From NCBI GenBank assembly GCA_963842085.1, contig CAWJET010000001.1:544001-608000 (forward strand): a stretch of DNA of 64,000 nucleotides. The letters run 5' to 3'. Every line of letters starts with the position of its first letter. The first letter of the stretch is position 1. The notes below the pieces were generated by a model that was not told where the DNA came from, ran no database searches, and saw only the letters and a list, made by a program, of their open reading frames with translations. Source of the DNA: an uncultured delta proteobacterium (GTDB lineage Bacteria; Desulfobacterota; Binatia; Binatales; Binataceae). Shown here one piece after another: positions 33,186 to 42,928 of the stretch. Position numbers and translations under genes: made by a program.

Positions 33186-33431
33186 ATGAAGCGACGGCTT
33201 AAGGCTAGGAAATCAACTTTGCCGGATGCGAATCATCCGGAAAACAAAACCAGACAACTCTTGGCCGCCTTGCCTCCGGAGGAACAACGAATCGTAAGAA
33301 TGCGCTTCGGCATCGATAGTGAAGATTATGCAGTAAAAGAGGTCGCCCGGGTTCTCGGAATCTCGGAGGCTGAAGTCCGCGCAGTAGAGGATAAGTTTCT
33401 CGGGCGATTTAGACAAACCGGACCAACCTAG
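33186..33431 (+). CDS. Stand-alone sigma70 region 4 HTH protein
   Basis: LPPEEQRIVRMRFGI...KEVARVLGISEAEVRAVE. Confidence 0.75.
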   Translation: MKRRLKARKSTLPDANHPENKTRQLLAALPPEEQRIVRMRFGIDSEDYAVKEVARVLGISEAEVRAVEDKFLGRFRQTGPT

Positions 33432-33455
33432 CGCAACTCGAAAGGAGTCCTCCCG

Positions 33456-33946
33456 ATGCCGACCAAGAAGAAACCCTCTCCGGCGCGACACAAGCCCGTC
33501 CGCCGAGCTCACAAGACCTCATCCACCGTGCCCAGGGCCCCCAAAGCCGCCAGCAGTTTTTCCGCGATGGCGTCGACGCAACTCAAGCAGTTGCGGAAAA
33601 CGGTCGATCAGCTCAAGGCTCGCCTCGAGAAAGAAGCCAGGGCGCGCTTGGCCGCTTCGACCGTTATTGGCGAGGCGAAGAAGGCTCGCGAAACCCTTAA
33701 GGTACAAATGAAGGCACTGCGCGACCAGGGCGCCAGCTTGACCAAGGAACTGAAGAAGGCGATGAGCCATGCCAGCAGGCGCGAAAACGCGCGTCAGCAG
33801 GCGGTCGTCAAGACTTCCGAGTTGCGTGCCGAACTCGCGCGCCGGACCGAGGAACTGAAACGCAAATCAGAAGAACTCGCCAGGCTGGCAATGGAATCCG
33901 CCGGGCGCGCCAAGGACATCATGATGAGTGGGGGATCGTCTGGGGC
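33456..33946 (+). pseudogene. Basic coiled-coil protein truncated by IS3
   Basis: AAGGAG RBS; long heptad-rich ORF that runs into the IS3 left IR. Confidence 0.6.
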
Positions 33947-34034
33947 TGTTCCCCGTCAGCACAAGTTGGACAATTCGAGGCGATTGAGGAAGAGAGGGTT
34001 TTTGGCTCATCTTTAACCGCGGAAGGAGCGGTAG

Positions 34035-34409
34035 ATGAGATCGAAAATCGATGCGCAGTCGGATGGGGCGGAAAAGGCGGTACGCGACATAAGGCGGGCG
34101 ACCCGCCGGCACTTCTCGGCTGAGGACAAGGTCCGGATCGTGATCGCCGGCCTGCGCGGCGAGGATAGCGTGGCCGAGTTGTGCCGCAAGGAAGGGATCA
34201 ACCAGAACCTCTACTATCGCTGGTCCAAGGACTTCCTGGAGGCGGGCAAGAGGCGGCTGGCCGGCGATACCGCGCGTGAAGCGACCAGCGATGAAGTCAA
34301 GGAGCTGCGGGCGGAGAGCCATCAGCTCAAGGAACTGCTGGCCGAACTGATGATGGAGAACCGCCTGCTCAAAAAAAGCGTGCTGGCGGATGGGGAGTCC
34401 GATATATGA
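34035..34409 (+). CDS. IS3 OrfA
   Basis: HTH FSAEDKVRIV..ELCRKEGI..YYRW; A7G slippery site at 34371-34378. Confidence 0.9.
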   Translation: MRSKIDAQSDGAEKAVRDIRRATRRHFSAEDKVRIVIAGLRGEDSVAELCRKEGINQNLYYRWSKDFLEAGKRRLAGDTAREATSDEVKELRAESHQLKELLAELMMENRLLKKSVLADGESDI

Positions 34410-35419
34410 GGTACGCGGCCGCCGAGAAGCTGGAGATCATCCGGCTGGTCGAGCAGTCGTCGCTGCCGGTGCGGCGCACCCTGGAGCAGATCGGCATCCC
34501 ACGGTCCACCTTCTATTGCTGGTACGATCGCTATCGAACTCGCGATGATGAAGGGCTGGAGGATCGCACGCCGGCGCCGCGGCGGGTGTGGAACAAGCTC
34601 CCAGCTGCAGTTACTCAGGCCGTGCTCGAGCTTGCGCTCAAAGAACCGCAGCTATCGCCGCGGGAGTTGGCGGTCTCGTTCGTCGACCAGCAGCAGTACT
34701 TCGTCTCGGAAGCCTCAGTTTATCGGCTGCTGAAGGCGCACGACCTGATCACCAGCCCGGCCTTCATCTTGATGAAGGCAGCCGACAGCTTCGCCCATCC
34801 AACCACCGCACCCAATCAACTCTGGCAGACCGACTTTACCTACCTGCGGGTGATCGGCTGGGGCTGGTTCTATCTGTCGACTGTCCTTGATGACTTCTCG
34901 CGCTATATCCTGGCCTGGAAGCTGTGTACCACCATGACTGCCACCGATGTCTCCGACACCCTCGCGATGGCGCTGCGCAACTCCGGGTTGGAGCGCGTCC
35001 GCGTCCGGCACCGGCCGCGCCTGCTGAGCGACAACGGACCGTCGTACGTGTCGGCCCAGCTTGGCTCCTGGCTCGCGGAGCATGGCATGATGCATACCCG
35101 CGGCAAGCCCTATCACCCGATGACCCAGGGTAAGATCGAACGTTACCATCGTTCGATGAAGAACCAGATCCTGCTCGAGAACTACTACCTGCCCGGTCAG
35201 CTCGAAGCGCGCCTGGCCGAGTTCGTCGACTACTACAACTCGCGCCGCTACCACGAAAGTCTCAACAACCTGACCCCGGCCGACGTCTACTTCGGCCGAG
35301 GTCCCGCGATTCTGTCACGGAGGAAAAATGCCAAACTGAAAACCATCGAAGCCAGACGCCGGCTGCATCATTCGTTCGCAGCCAAAGGTTCAACTCAGAT
35401 GGACCAGATCCTCTCTTAA
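34406..35419 (+). CDS. IS3 OrfB DDE transposase
   Basis: WQTDFTY, SDNG, QGKIERYH. Confidence 0.92.
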   Translation: MRYAAAEKLEIIRLVEQSSLPVRRTLEQIGIPRSTFYCWYDRYRTRDDEGLEDRTPAPRRVWNKLPAAVTQAVLELALKEPQLSPRELAVSFVDQQQYFVSEASVYRLLKAHDLITSPAFILMKAADSFAHPTTAPNQLWQTDFTYLRVIGWGWFYLSTVLDDFSRYILAWKLCTTMTATDVSDTLAMALRNSGLERVRVRHRPRLLSDNGPSYVSAQLGSWLAEHGMMHTRGKPYHPMTQGKIERYHRSMKNQILLENYYLPGQLEARLAEFVDYYNSRRYHESLNNLTPADVYFGRGPAILSRRKNAKLKTIEARRRLHHSFAAKGSTQMDQILS

Positions 35420-35459
35420 TTCCTGTGCCAACTTGTCCAATAGGTTCTGACGACGTACA

Positions 35460-35880
35460 GTTCAAGGACCGGAACATTGAGATCTACGAGGACACTGATT
35501 TAGCCCAGTCGCTTCGCAACGCGGTCGGCATCGAGTCGCCGCGCGGTTTCAAGATCGGCAAGCCGAGTGTCGGAAAGAAAATTGACTTGGTCGTCGCGCT
35601 GGCGATGAGCGCATTGGCCGCGGTGCATCACGAACGAGCCGGCTGGGGTGTGCGGGAGTTCACTCGCCAAGCAGCCGAACGAGCAGCACTCGGCCTGCCG
35701 GAACCCCCGCCGGATACCACCTGGCAGGACGAGTACGACAACGAGAGGCGCAGGTTGCGGAACCTTTGTGCCGTGTGTCGCCGTGAGGTCGTTGGCACCG
35801 GCATCGACGAGCTCGGGAGGCGGTACCACCCTGAATGCTGGAGGGCTATCACCCTGAATGTTGGGAAGCGCCGAGCATGA
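35460..35880 (+). pseudogene. Terminase-like C-terminal remnant with Zn-finger tail
   Basis: KKIDLVVALAM terminase-type motif; CAVC...HPEC; 5' part replaced by IS3. Confidence 0.6.
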
Positions 35881-36215
35881 TCATCTATCGGACCCTGCTC
35901 GATGAACTGGAGCGGAACGACCGGCTTTTCTGCTCCGACTGCTTCGAGCACACATTGCGGCACGCCCTCATCAAAGCGGCGCAAAAGGACGATCGTAACT
36001 TCCTGCTCTGCGAGAATTGCCGCGAACATTGGACGCCCGACCCGTCGGATTTAGCCGGCGCCATTCGCGATTGGGTGCTGGTGTTCACGACAGATGATCG
36101 CATGGCCGCCGTGCTGTGTGCCGAGTGCGCGGCTTCGCATCCCGAGCCCGCGATCGGCCTGCCGGAGATTGCGCGGTTGATCCTTTGGCGAAGCCCAGAC
36201 GGCCCGCTGCAGTGA
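35877..36215 (+). CDS. Small CxxC-rich hypothetical protein
   Basis: ATGA overlap with the upstream ORF; CSDC, CENC, CAEC. Confidence 0.55.
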   Translation: MIIYRTLLDELERNDRLFCSDCFEHTLRHALIKAAQKDDRNFLLCENCREHWTPDPSDLAGAIRDWVLVFTTDDRMAAVLCAECAASHPEPAIGLPEIARLILWRSPDGPLQ

Positions 36216-36682
36216 GGCGCCGCGCCATCACGTGTGCTTAAATTAGAAGTCGGATGGCCTTCATCGTACTCACTAAGACAATCGGGCCGAAGGGTCAGGT
36301 CCGTTATATCCAATTCGGAGAGCCCCACGAGACCATCCAAGAGGCTCGCAAAGTGGCTCAGTTCCCCAACTTGCGCGATCCAATCATCGTCGACCTCGCG
36401 CGCGCCGAGAAGGTTGAAAAGCTATAGCCCTGTTTCGCAAGGCGGATCGCGCGGACGGTCGCGCTGATAGGTGTCGAACGTGCCCAGCGGCGCGACAACG
36501 CAGCAAACAATAGGGAGTAGTCGGAAGAGTGACCCTCTGATCATCTCAATTCCCCAGTGATTTAGGGAACTTATCGCAGTGCACCGAGATTTGCGATTAT
36601 TTCGATTGTTGCGTCTATTGCGATTATAGGCTACAAAGGAGCTCAGGCGCCAGGGTTTGCCCATCCCCCAAGGAGGCCCAAC

Positions 36683-37141
36683 ATGAGACTCAGCCCCAAA
36701 AAGCTTGTTATCCCAACGACGAAGGAATCGAAACTTGCTGGCGAGGCCATCCAAAAACTGTCGTCTCACCTTTCCCGCGCGCGACAGGTCGACCTGATTT
36801 TGTCTACGCCTACCGGTAGTGCCGAACATGTCCCGGTGCCCGAACGGGCGGTAGAACTCCTTGCTGAAATCTTTCGTGAAACGGCCGCAGGCAACGCCGT
36901 TGCGGTATTGCCGGTGCATCGAGAATTGACGACGCAGGAGGCCGCCGATTTGATGAACGTCTCGCGGCCGTTCGTCATCAGTCTTGTCGAAAAAGGCGAG
37001 TTGCCGTGCCATAGGGTGGGCAGCCACCGCCGGATTCCGCTCGCCGCCGTGTTGGCACTAAAGTCGAAAGCTGATGCAGACCGCGACAAAGCTCTCGATT
37101 TCCTTGCCACGCAAGCTCAGGAATTAAAGCTCGGATACTGA
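36683..37141 (+). CDS. Excisionase-type HTH antitoxin/regulator
   Basis: ELTTQEAADLMNVSRP...VGSHRRI; AGGAGG RBS. Confidence 0.88.
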   Translation: MRLSPKKLVIPTTKESKLAGEAIQKLSSHLSRARQVDLILSTPTGSAEHVPVPERAVELLAEIFRETAAGNAVAVLPVHRELTTQEAADLMNVSRPFVISLVEKGELPCHRVGSHRRIPLAAVLALKSKADADRDKALDFLATQAQELKLGY

Positions 37142-37599
37142 GAGCAACTCAGTGGCCACCGACGCTGCGGTTCTGGACGCTTGCATCCTGTACCCCGCTC
37201 AACTCCGCGATTTTTTTCTGAGCTTGGCCGCGGCGGACCTTTTTCGACCGAAATGGTCGGACAAGATTCACGAAGAGTGGATCAATGCTTTGTTGGCGAA
37301 TCGCAGTGATCTTAAGCGAAGAGACCTCGAAATGACTCGCGATCAGATGAACAGATATTTTCTAGACTCCGTGGTACAAGGATTCGAGACATTAATTCCG
37401 ACGCTAACACTACCCGACCCGGATGACCGTCATGTCTTAGCTGCCGCTATCCATTCGCGCGCCCATGCGATCGTCACCGCGAACCTCCGACACTTTCCGG
37501 CCGCAGCACTAAAGCCACACGGCGTTGTGGCCGTAGGGCCCGACCAGTTCGCCAATTATTTGTTGGATCTTGACGAAAATGACGCGCTTTCGGCTCTAG

Positions 37600-38875
37600 C
37601 AGGCTGCGGAAAAAGTCCGGTTAGTTATGAATTTGTCCACTCCGGGTAGTTGTTAGTGTTATTGAGCGAGCATCTAAGGGCCAGCGCAGTGGAGCGCCGA
37701 CAGGTTCTGGTGTTCGCTTCAGGTGGCGATTGGCAAGAGGTTGCGCATCCTCACCAAGTTGTAGGCGGCGGCCGCGAAGGTAAACACCCAACCGACCCGG
37801 GCGGCACCCCGATGCCGGGTTTTGCGCAAGCCGCCGATGGTCTTCATCCAACCGAAGATCTCTTCCACCCGTTTGCGCTTGATCTGACTGATGGCGTAAC
37901 CCGGATGGCGAGTTGTGCGGTGGTCGATGGCGCTGTGCACTTTGCGCGCGACGTGCGGAGTAACCTGATGCGCGCGCAACTCACGCACCAATTCCTTCTG
38001 ATCGTAACCCTTATCGGCGCCCAGCGTGACTCGATGCTGGCCCGCGATCTGGGCCGCCATCGCGAGGGCCGCCTCGGGTTCGGCGCTGCCGCTGGCCTGA
38101 GTCAGCCGGGTGTTGACCACCAAGCCATGGCGATTGTCCATCTGCACGTGCCCGGCGTAACAGAGCTTGGCCTCTTTGCCCGACCCTTTGCGGGCCAGCC
38201 GTGCCTGGGGATCGGTGGTCGATTGGTGCGTGGCGTTGGTGCGTCGCTCACCATGGAAGTCCACGCTCGGGTTACCGGGATCATCGGGCGGGGTTTGCTG
38301 GTCGTCTCCTTTGCGCTTGAAACTCTTGTGTCCGGCCCAGGCCTCGATCAGGGTGCCGTCGACGGTAAAATGCTCGTTGGAGAGCAGGTCTTGGGCACGC
38401 GCTTGCTCGAGCACTGCGTTGAAAAAGCCCTGCGCTACCTCGGCCACCAGCAAGCGCTCGCGGTTCTTGGTGAAGACGGTCACGTCCCATACTGGGTCGT
38501 CGATGTTGAGCCCCACAAACCAGCGAAACAGGAAGTTGTAATCGAGCTGCTCCATCAAAAGTCGCTCACTGCGCACCGTGTAGAGCACCTGCAAGAGCAG
38601 CGCCCGCAGCAGCTTTTCGGGCGCGATCGACGGCCGCCCGCAGTTCGCGTAGACCGCGTCGAAGCGCCACGACGACTCCTTAAGGGCGGCGTCCACCATT
38701 ACCCGAATCGCTCGCAACGGATGATCCTTGGGTACTCGCCGCTCCGCCGATATGTAACTGAACATTCCGCTCTGCTGATGGTCCACCCCACGCATCACCG
38801 TCACCTCCTCCTACAACCTCTTCCTACTCCACTATATCCGATCGAGCGGAAAACTCCTCGTTTTTCCACAGCCTG
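37600..38875 (-). mobile_element. IS5 family element
   Basis: IRs CAGGCTG(C/T)GGAAAAA; CTAG duplication at 37596-37599 and 38876-38879. Confidence 0.95.
37719..38804 (-). CDS. IS5 family transposase
   Basis: GRPSIAPE, VDGTLI, GADKGY, RKRVEEIFGW. Confidence 0.95.
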   Translation of the reverse strand: MTVMRGVDHQQSGMFSYISAERRVPKDHPLRAIRVMVDAALKESSWRFDAVYANCGRPSIAPEKLLRALLLQVLYTVRSERLLMEQLDYNFLFRWFVGLNIDDPVWDVTVFTKNRERLLVAEVAQGFFNAVLEQARAQDLLSNEHFTVDGTLIEAWAGHKSFKRKGDDQQTPPDDPGNPSVDFHGERRTNATHQSTTDPQARLARKGSGKEAKLCYAGHVQMDNRHGLVVNTRLTQASGSAEPEAALAMAAQIAGQHRVTLGADKGYDQKELVRELRAHQVTPHVARKVHSAIDHRTTRHPGYAISQIKRKRVEEIFGWMKTIGGLRKTRHRGAARVGWVFTFAAAAYNLVRMRNLLPIAT

Positions 38876-39101
38876 CTAGCGAAGATGCGGAGCCGACTAA
38901 GGGCGCCTGCAATGACGCCCACAGAATTTGTTGATTCTATTGAGAGAGGGGGCCTACCGGGGGTCGCTATACGATTGCGTCGCCATACAACTCAACTCTG
39001 AGGCTCTTGGCGCCTGGCAAGTGTGGCCGCTCGACGGTTTTGTCCACAGCCGATCCTGACTTCCGACGGCCGCGCGGTGCGCTGTCGGTCATGCCGCCGG
39101 C

Positions 39102-39722
39102 GTGAAGTTTCTTGAACTCACGGCTTGGCGAACGGCTGTGTTTGGAGTAATTCAGCGATCCGGGGGAACAAACCAAACGCTCAAGAGTTCACTCCTTGTT
39201 GGCATGGCGGCGATGTTCCTTGCTTCCAGCTGCGCAACTCTTTTCACCAGTAACGACGTAACTGTGCAGATGAACTCGGACCCGCCTGGTGCAAAATATG
39301 ATGTGGGCCCCTTCTCTGGAAAGACACCAGATTCAATAGCGGTTCCAAAGAAGTCAATACCGGACTTCGCCACTTTTGAGATGCCTGGGTACGAAAGACG
39401 CACTGTGCCGGTTGAATCGGGAATCGCGGGCGTCTTTTGGATAAACATACTGTTCTGGCCGGGGATGATCGTCGACATCGTGACGGGCGATTATAAGACG
39501 CTGTCAGTCACCGAGATCTCGGCGACCCTCACGCCTCTCGCTGCGAACACGGCCGGGACTTCGCCACTTGCTCCTTCCGCTTCAGCTCCAGCTCAGCCCG
39601 GGATCTCGCCAGCTGCTGCGATCGCTAGCGATCAACCGAAGACTAATTCCAAACCTGCCGCGGTTCCAGTGGTGAACCCCCAAGGCGGGAACCAATGGAA
39701 ATCGTCCGACAATCCGCACTGA
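39102..39722 (+). CDS. PEGA-like lipoprotein
   Basis: Lipobox LASSC; SDPPGA, G.TP, PGYE; start uncertain. Confidence 0.65.
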   Translation: MKFLELTAWRTAVFGVIQRSGGTNQTLKSSLLVGMAAMFLASSCATLFTSNDVTVQMNSDPPGAKYDVGPFSGKTPDSIAVPKKSIPDFATFEMPGYERRTVPVESGIAGVFWINILFWPGMIVDIVTGDYKTLSVTEISATLTPLAANTAGTSPLAPSASAPAQPGISPAAAIASDQPKTNSKPAAVPVVNPQGGNQWKSSDNPH

Positions 39723-39770
39723 GCTAGGGCTGAGCACTCCTACCCGGGCGCTACTCACCCGGCGTACCAA

Positions 39771-40450
39771 ATGAAAAACCATTTGATGTGGACAACTTCG
39801 CTCGTAGCTATGTGCTGCGCCAACCTCGCAGTAGCGGCCCAGTCTATTTCACCTGCGACAAAAGAAATACCTGCAACTCATCAAAGCGCTGTGCTTCCGC
39901 GAACGGGATCAGACGAACCAGCCGACACAGCCACCAGGCGTAATTCAGAATCAATTCTAGAGATTCCCCAAGCGGTGAAGGGTTGTTGGGAAGCAACAAT
40001 GGATGGGCCGCCAGATTCATTTCAATATATTAAGGGCCCTCAAATTGGCGGGTGGGCCCGGGTGAAAAAACGCTTTGCTTTATCGAGACTGCTTCCCATT
40101 CGTTTCAGATTACCTATCAGACTGCAAATGCAGACCTCGCCGATGCCGCAAGCAAGGGAGGTAGGATCAGCGACTTCCAGTCGAAGGTAGAGGTGATTGG
40201 GAGCGACGAAAAGGGAAACTTCACACTGCGCTCAGTTGCAAGCGATCGGCAGAGCCTAGGATGGTTCTGGGGTCAAGTCGAATATACGACCATTAGCCAG
40301 CTTGAATGCAAATTTGAAGCGGAGGATTTGGTCGTTCAGGCGTCCTCACTCTCAAGCTGTACCGGAGCGCCGCGATCAGGTTGCGATGGCGGCCCAACGA
40401 GTACTTCCCAAGCGCATTTAATATTTCATCGAGCACGGGGCATCCCTTGA
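39771..40450 (+). pseudogene. Secreted protein split by a frameshift in an A6 run
   Basis: Signal peptide; the two overlapping ORFs join if the run at 40065-40070 were A7. Confidence 0.55.
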
Positions 40451-40933
40451 ATTTGACTGCGCCGCAAAGGACCTATACCAGCCCACAAGCGCGAGCGCGG
40501 CGAGCGTGGCGGGGGTTCACGCAGCCCTGTCCTTGGGCTTGGTTTCAAACTCTAGTTGGTTTCCCCCGCCGTTTCGTCACAGTTGGGCGCCGCTCCTTTT
40601 TCCTGAAAGCCGACCACTGATATAGAGTTGATCGCGACACAACGTGGCTCCGTTCAGATTATGAAATCCGTAGATGTATTACGGACGCTCCGGATGGAGC
40701 GATCATTTGCTGCTCGGGCATTCCCTTTTGTGAAAATTAGGTCCTTCGCGCTCTGGCCAATCTATTGGTCGCCCTGGCCATGAGCAGTCAACACGCAGGC
40801 GCTCATTGAGGACGTAAGACTCGCGACCAGCGCGAGCGCAGCGGCGTGGCGCGGCTTCATGCGACACTGAGTTAGCAGAGATTCCGAACGACCGACAAAT
40901 GGCGGGCACGGATTGTCAAATAGACGGCGCCCC

Positions 40934-41599
40934 TTAATCACGCGCTCGATTGCGAATGGCGACACGCTCGGCGTCGAAGGCTTTTCGCCGTTCCTCCCGC
41001 CTCCTCTCCTCCTCCATCTTCGCCTGGTAAGCTTCGCGCTTCCGTTTCTGCTCATGCTCACGGTGTTTGCTGTAGTGGTCTCGCGCCGACTGCCTGTTCG
41101 AACAGATGGCACCGCACGTTTTCGATCTGTCATTCAGCGCCACGAACAGCTTGTCGCAAATCGGACAGATCCGTAGGCGATCTACGTCGCGACCTTTCAG
41201 CGCGTCGACCAGCCTAGGGACGGTGTTTGCTACCACCTCCACCAGGCGGTTTTCCGTGATCGTGAATCTCGACGGCGGTCCCTCGATAATAGGAATATTC
41301 CCGAATGGGCCTACAGGCGCCTGCCTGACGGCCGCAATTTCGCGAAGAAACCCGAGCGCCTCATCGCGATGCCTCTGGCGAAAGTAGCGGACGGTGCGTT
41401 CGTCACGGATGTGCTGAACGTCCAGGCCCGGAGGTAGTGCTGCTTTGTCGGGGTTGTTGATGAAGGCCACCCACTTGATGAGCGGGCCATAGAGCTCGTT
41501 CATCGTCGGCCGATGCCGTTCACGCTGCCGCGATCGCCTGCGCGCTGCCTTGTTTTTCCTAGGCTGTTTCTGGCCAGTTGCCTTTTTTGGCTTATGCAC
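40934..41599 (-). CDS. CGNR-type zinc-finger protein
   Basis: RLRICPICDKLF......KTCG..CSNR. Confidence 0.7.
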   Translation of the reverse strand: MHKPKKATGQKQPRKNKAARRRSRQRERHRPTMNELYGPLIKWVAFINNPDKAALPPGLDVQHIRDERTVRYFRQRHRDEALGFLREIAAVRQAPVGPFGNIPIIEGPPSRFTITENRLVEVVANTVPRLVDALKGRDVDRLRICPICDKLFVALNDRSKTCGAICSNRQSARDHYSKHREHEQKRKREAYQAKMEEERRREERRKAFDAERVAIRNRARD

Positions 41600-41651
41600 G
41601 CCTGTGCTTAAAATCCATCATGACGGTGGGTTTAGGTGTATAGTCCGAGAT

Positions 41652-41936
41652 ATGAGCGGAAAAAGCAAGGCGAAAGAGACAGTAGGAAAACCCGGACTCG
41701 ACTTGGCAATGAGAACAATTCAAATCCCGAAACTCGCAAGCCTCCTGGGCAAGTCCGAATTTGCGCGGCGATGGGGCAAATCCCCCCAGATGGTGGACTA
41801 CCTAGTCGGCCGGCGGAAACTGAAATTCATCATGACGGCGAACGGCCGGCTATTTTTCCCGGAGGACGTTGAGCGCCTTCGCCGTGAGCGCGAACAGCGG
41901 CACGTACAGAAGGCAGAAGCCGCGATCGAAACGTAA
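41652..41936 (+). CDS. MerR/Xis-like HTH protein
   Basis: EFARRWGKSPQMV...GRLFFPEDVE. Confidence 0.6.
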   Translation: MSGKSKAKETVGKPGLDLAMRTIQIPKLASLLGKSEFARRWGKSPQMVDYLVGRRKLKFIMTANGRLFFPEDVERLRREREQRHVQKAEAAIET

Positions 41937-42016
41937 AAAAGATTGCCACGAAACCCTTGTGGCGCAGGGGCTTTGTGAGGGTTGAGTCTCAAATGGGGAG
42001 ACCGCAGGATTGAGGC

Positions 42017-42262
42017 ATGGCGAAGCAAATGAACGCAGAACAGCGCAACTGTCGGCTTGATCGACAGTTTAGGATTAGGCCGCTGGTTCTTTCTGTTCGG
42101 CAGACCGCCGTGATGCTTAACGTGTCGCCGCGGCTCGTGACTGAGCTGATACGCGCACGTGAGATCCGAAGTTTGAAGATTGGCGGCCGCCGGATGATTC
42201 CGGAGACGGCGATCGTCTCGTATGTGTCGCGCGGGATGGAGCGCGCGGCGACGGGCGGGTAG
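42017..42262 (+). CDS. Excisionase/AlpA-like HTH protein
   Basis: LSVRQTAVMLNVS...IRSLKIGGRRMI. Confidence 0.8.
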   Translation: MAKQMNAEQRNCRLDRQFRIRPLVLSVRQTAVMLNVSPRLVTELIRAREIRSLKIGGRRMIPETAIVSYVSRGMERAATGG

Positions 42263-42313
42263 AGACAAAAACAAAAGCGCCGACGCGGTTAGTGGCCACG
42301 CCGGCGCAGAGAC

Positions 42314-42928
42314 ATGGAACATGCGGCAGTGTTACGAGTACCCAAACTCGCGCAAAAAAGCAATGCGCTAAGCGCAGAAGACCTCGCACATGAGCTCGGG
42401 CGCGGCCGCGAACGTCGTGTCGGGCGCTCATCGTATCGTGTGCCGTGCGTGGTGCACGGCGGTCGCAGTCTCGAGATTTCTGAGAAAAACGGAAAGACGC
42501 TCTTTCACTGTTGGGCCGGCTGTAGCCAGGACGAGGTGCTCGCCGCGTTAAGGTCTCGCGGATTATGGCGCCCGGGATCGGCACCGCGCCGGCGTTCGTT
42601 CAATTGGGCGGAACATCTACTGCCTCCGCCAGTGACTCCGAGCTGCTGCTTCGAGGTGCCGCATAATTGTGAGCATTGGCAGCAATTCGATACCGACATC
42701 GTGCTCGCTGAGCTTCATAAGAACCTTGTCGAAGCTGCGGATGAAATCGTCAACTTGTACCGCATCGCGGGGTATGCGCTCAGCGCAGCAGAGCTTCGCG
42801 AGGAAATTGAACTTGCGGTTAGCTTGGCAGGCAGCGCGATCACTCCATGGAATCTGGACCCGACGATCGTGAAAGCGATCATGGAAATTGTTGTGGTGGA
42901 GGTGGGGGTGAACGGTGATGGAAATTAA
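42314..42928 (+). CDS. Primase zinc-binding-domain protein
   Basis: CVVH..SL.I......FHCWAGC. Confidence 0.75.
   Translation: MEHAAVLRVPKLAQKSNALSAEDLAHELGRGRERRVGRSSYRVPCVVHGGRSLEISEKNGKTLFHCWAGCSQDEVLAALRSRGLWRPGSAPRRRSFNWAEHLLPPPVTPSCCFEVPHNCEHWQQFDTDIVLAELHKNLVEAADEIVNLYRIAGYALSAAELREEIELAVSLAGSAITPWNLDPTIVKAIMEIVVVEVGVNGDGN

Larger units (their letters stand above)
33947..35459 (+). mobile_element. IS3 family element
   Basis: Imperfect IRs TGTTCCCCGTCAGCACAAGTTGGACAA / TGTACGTCGTCAGAACCTATTGGACAA; no target duplication. Confidence 0.9.
37152..39000 (+). pseudogene. PIN-domain toxin split by IS5
   Basis: VLDACIL, LPDPDDRHVLAAA, VTANLRHF; frame resumes after the IS as AKMRSRLRAP...TQL*. 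Confidence 0.88.

Noticed and set aside
35826-35872. Short imperfect tandem duplication (CACCCTGAATG x2)
   Set aside because: Two copies only; most simply a local slippage event
37650-38879. 409-aa plus-strand ORF
   Set aside because: Antisense shadow of the IS5 transposase
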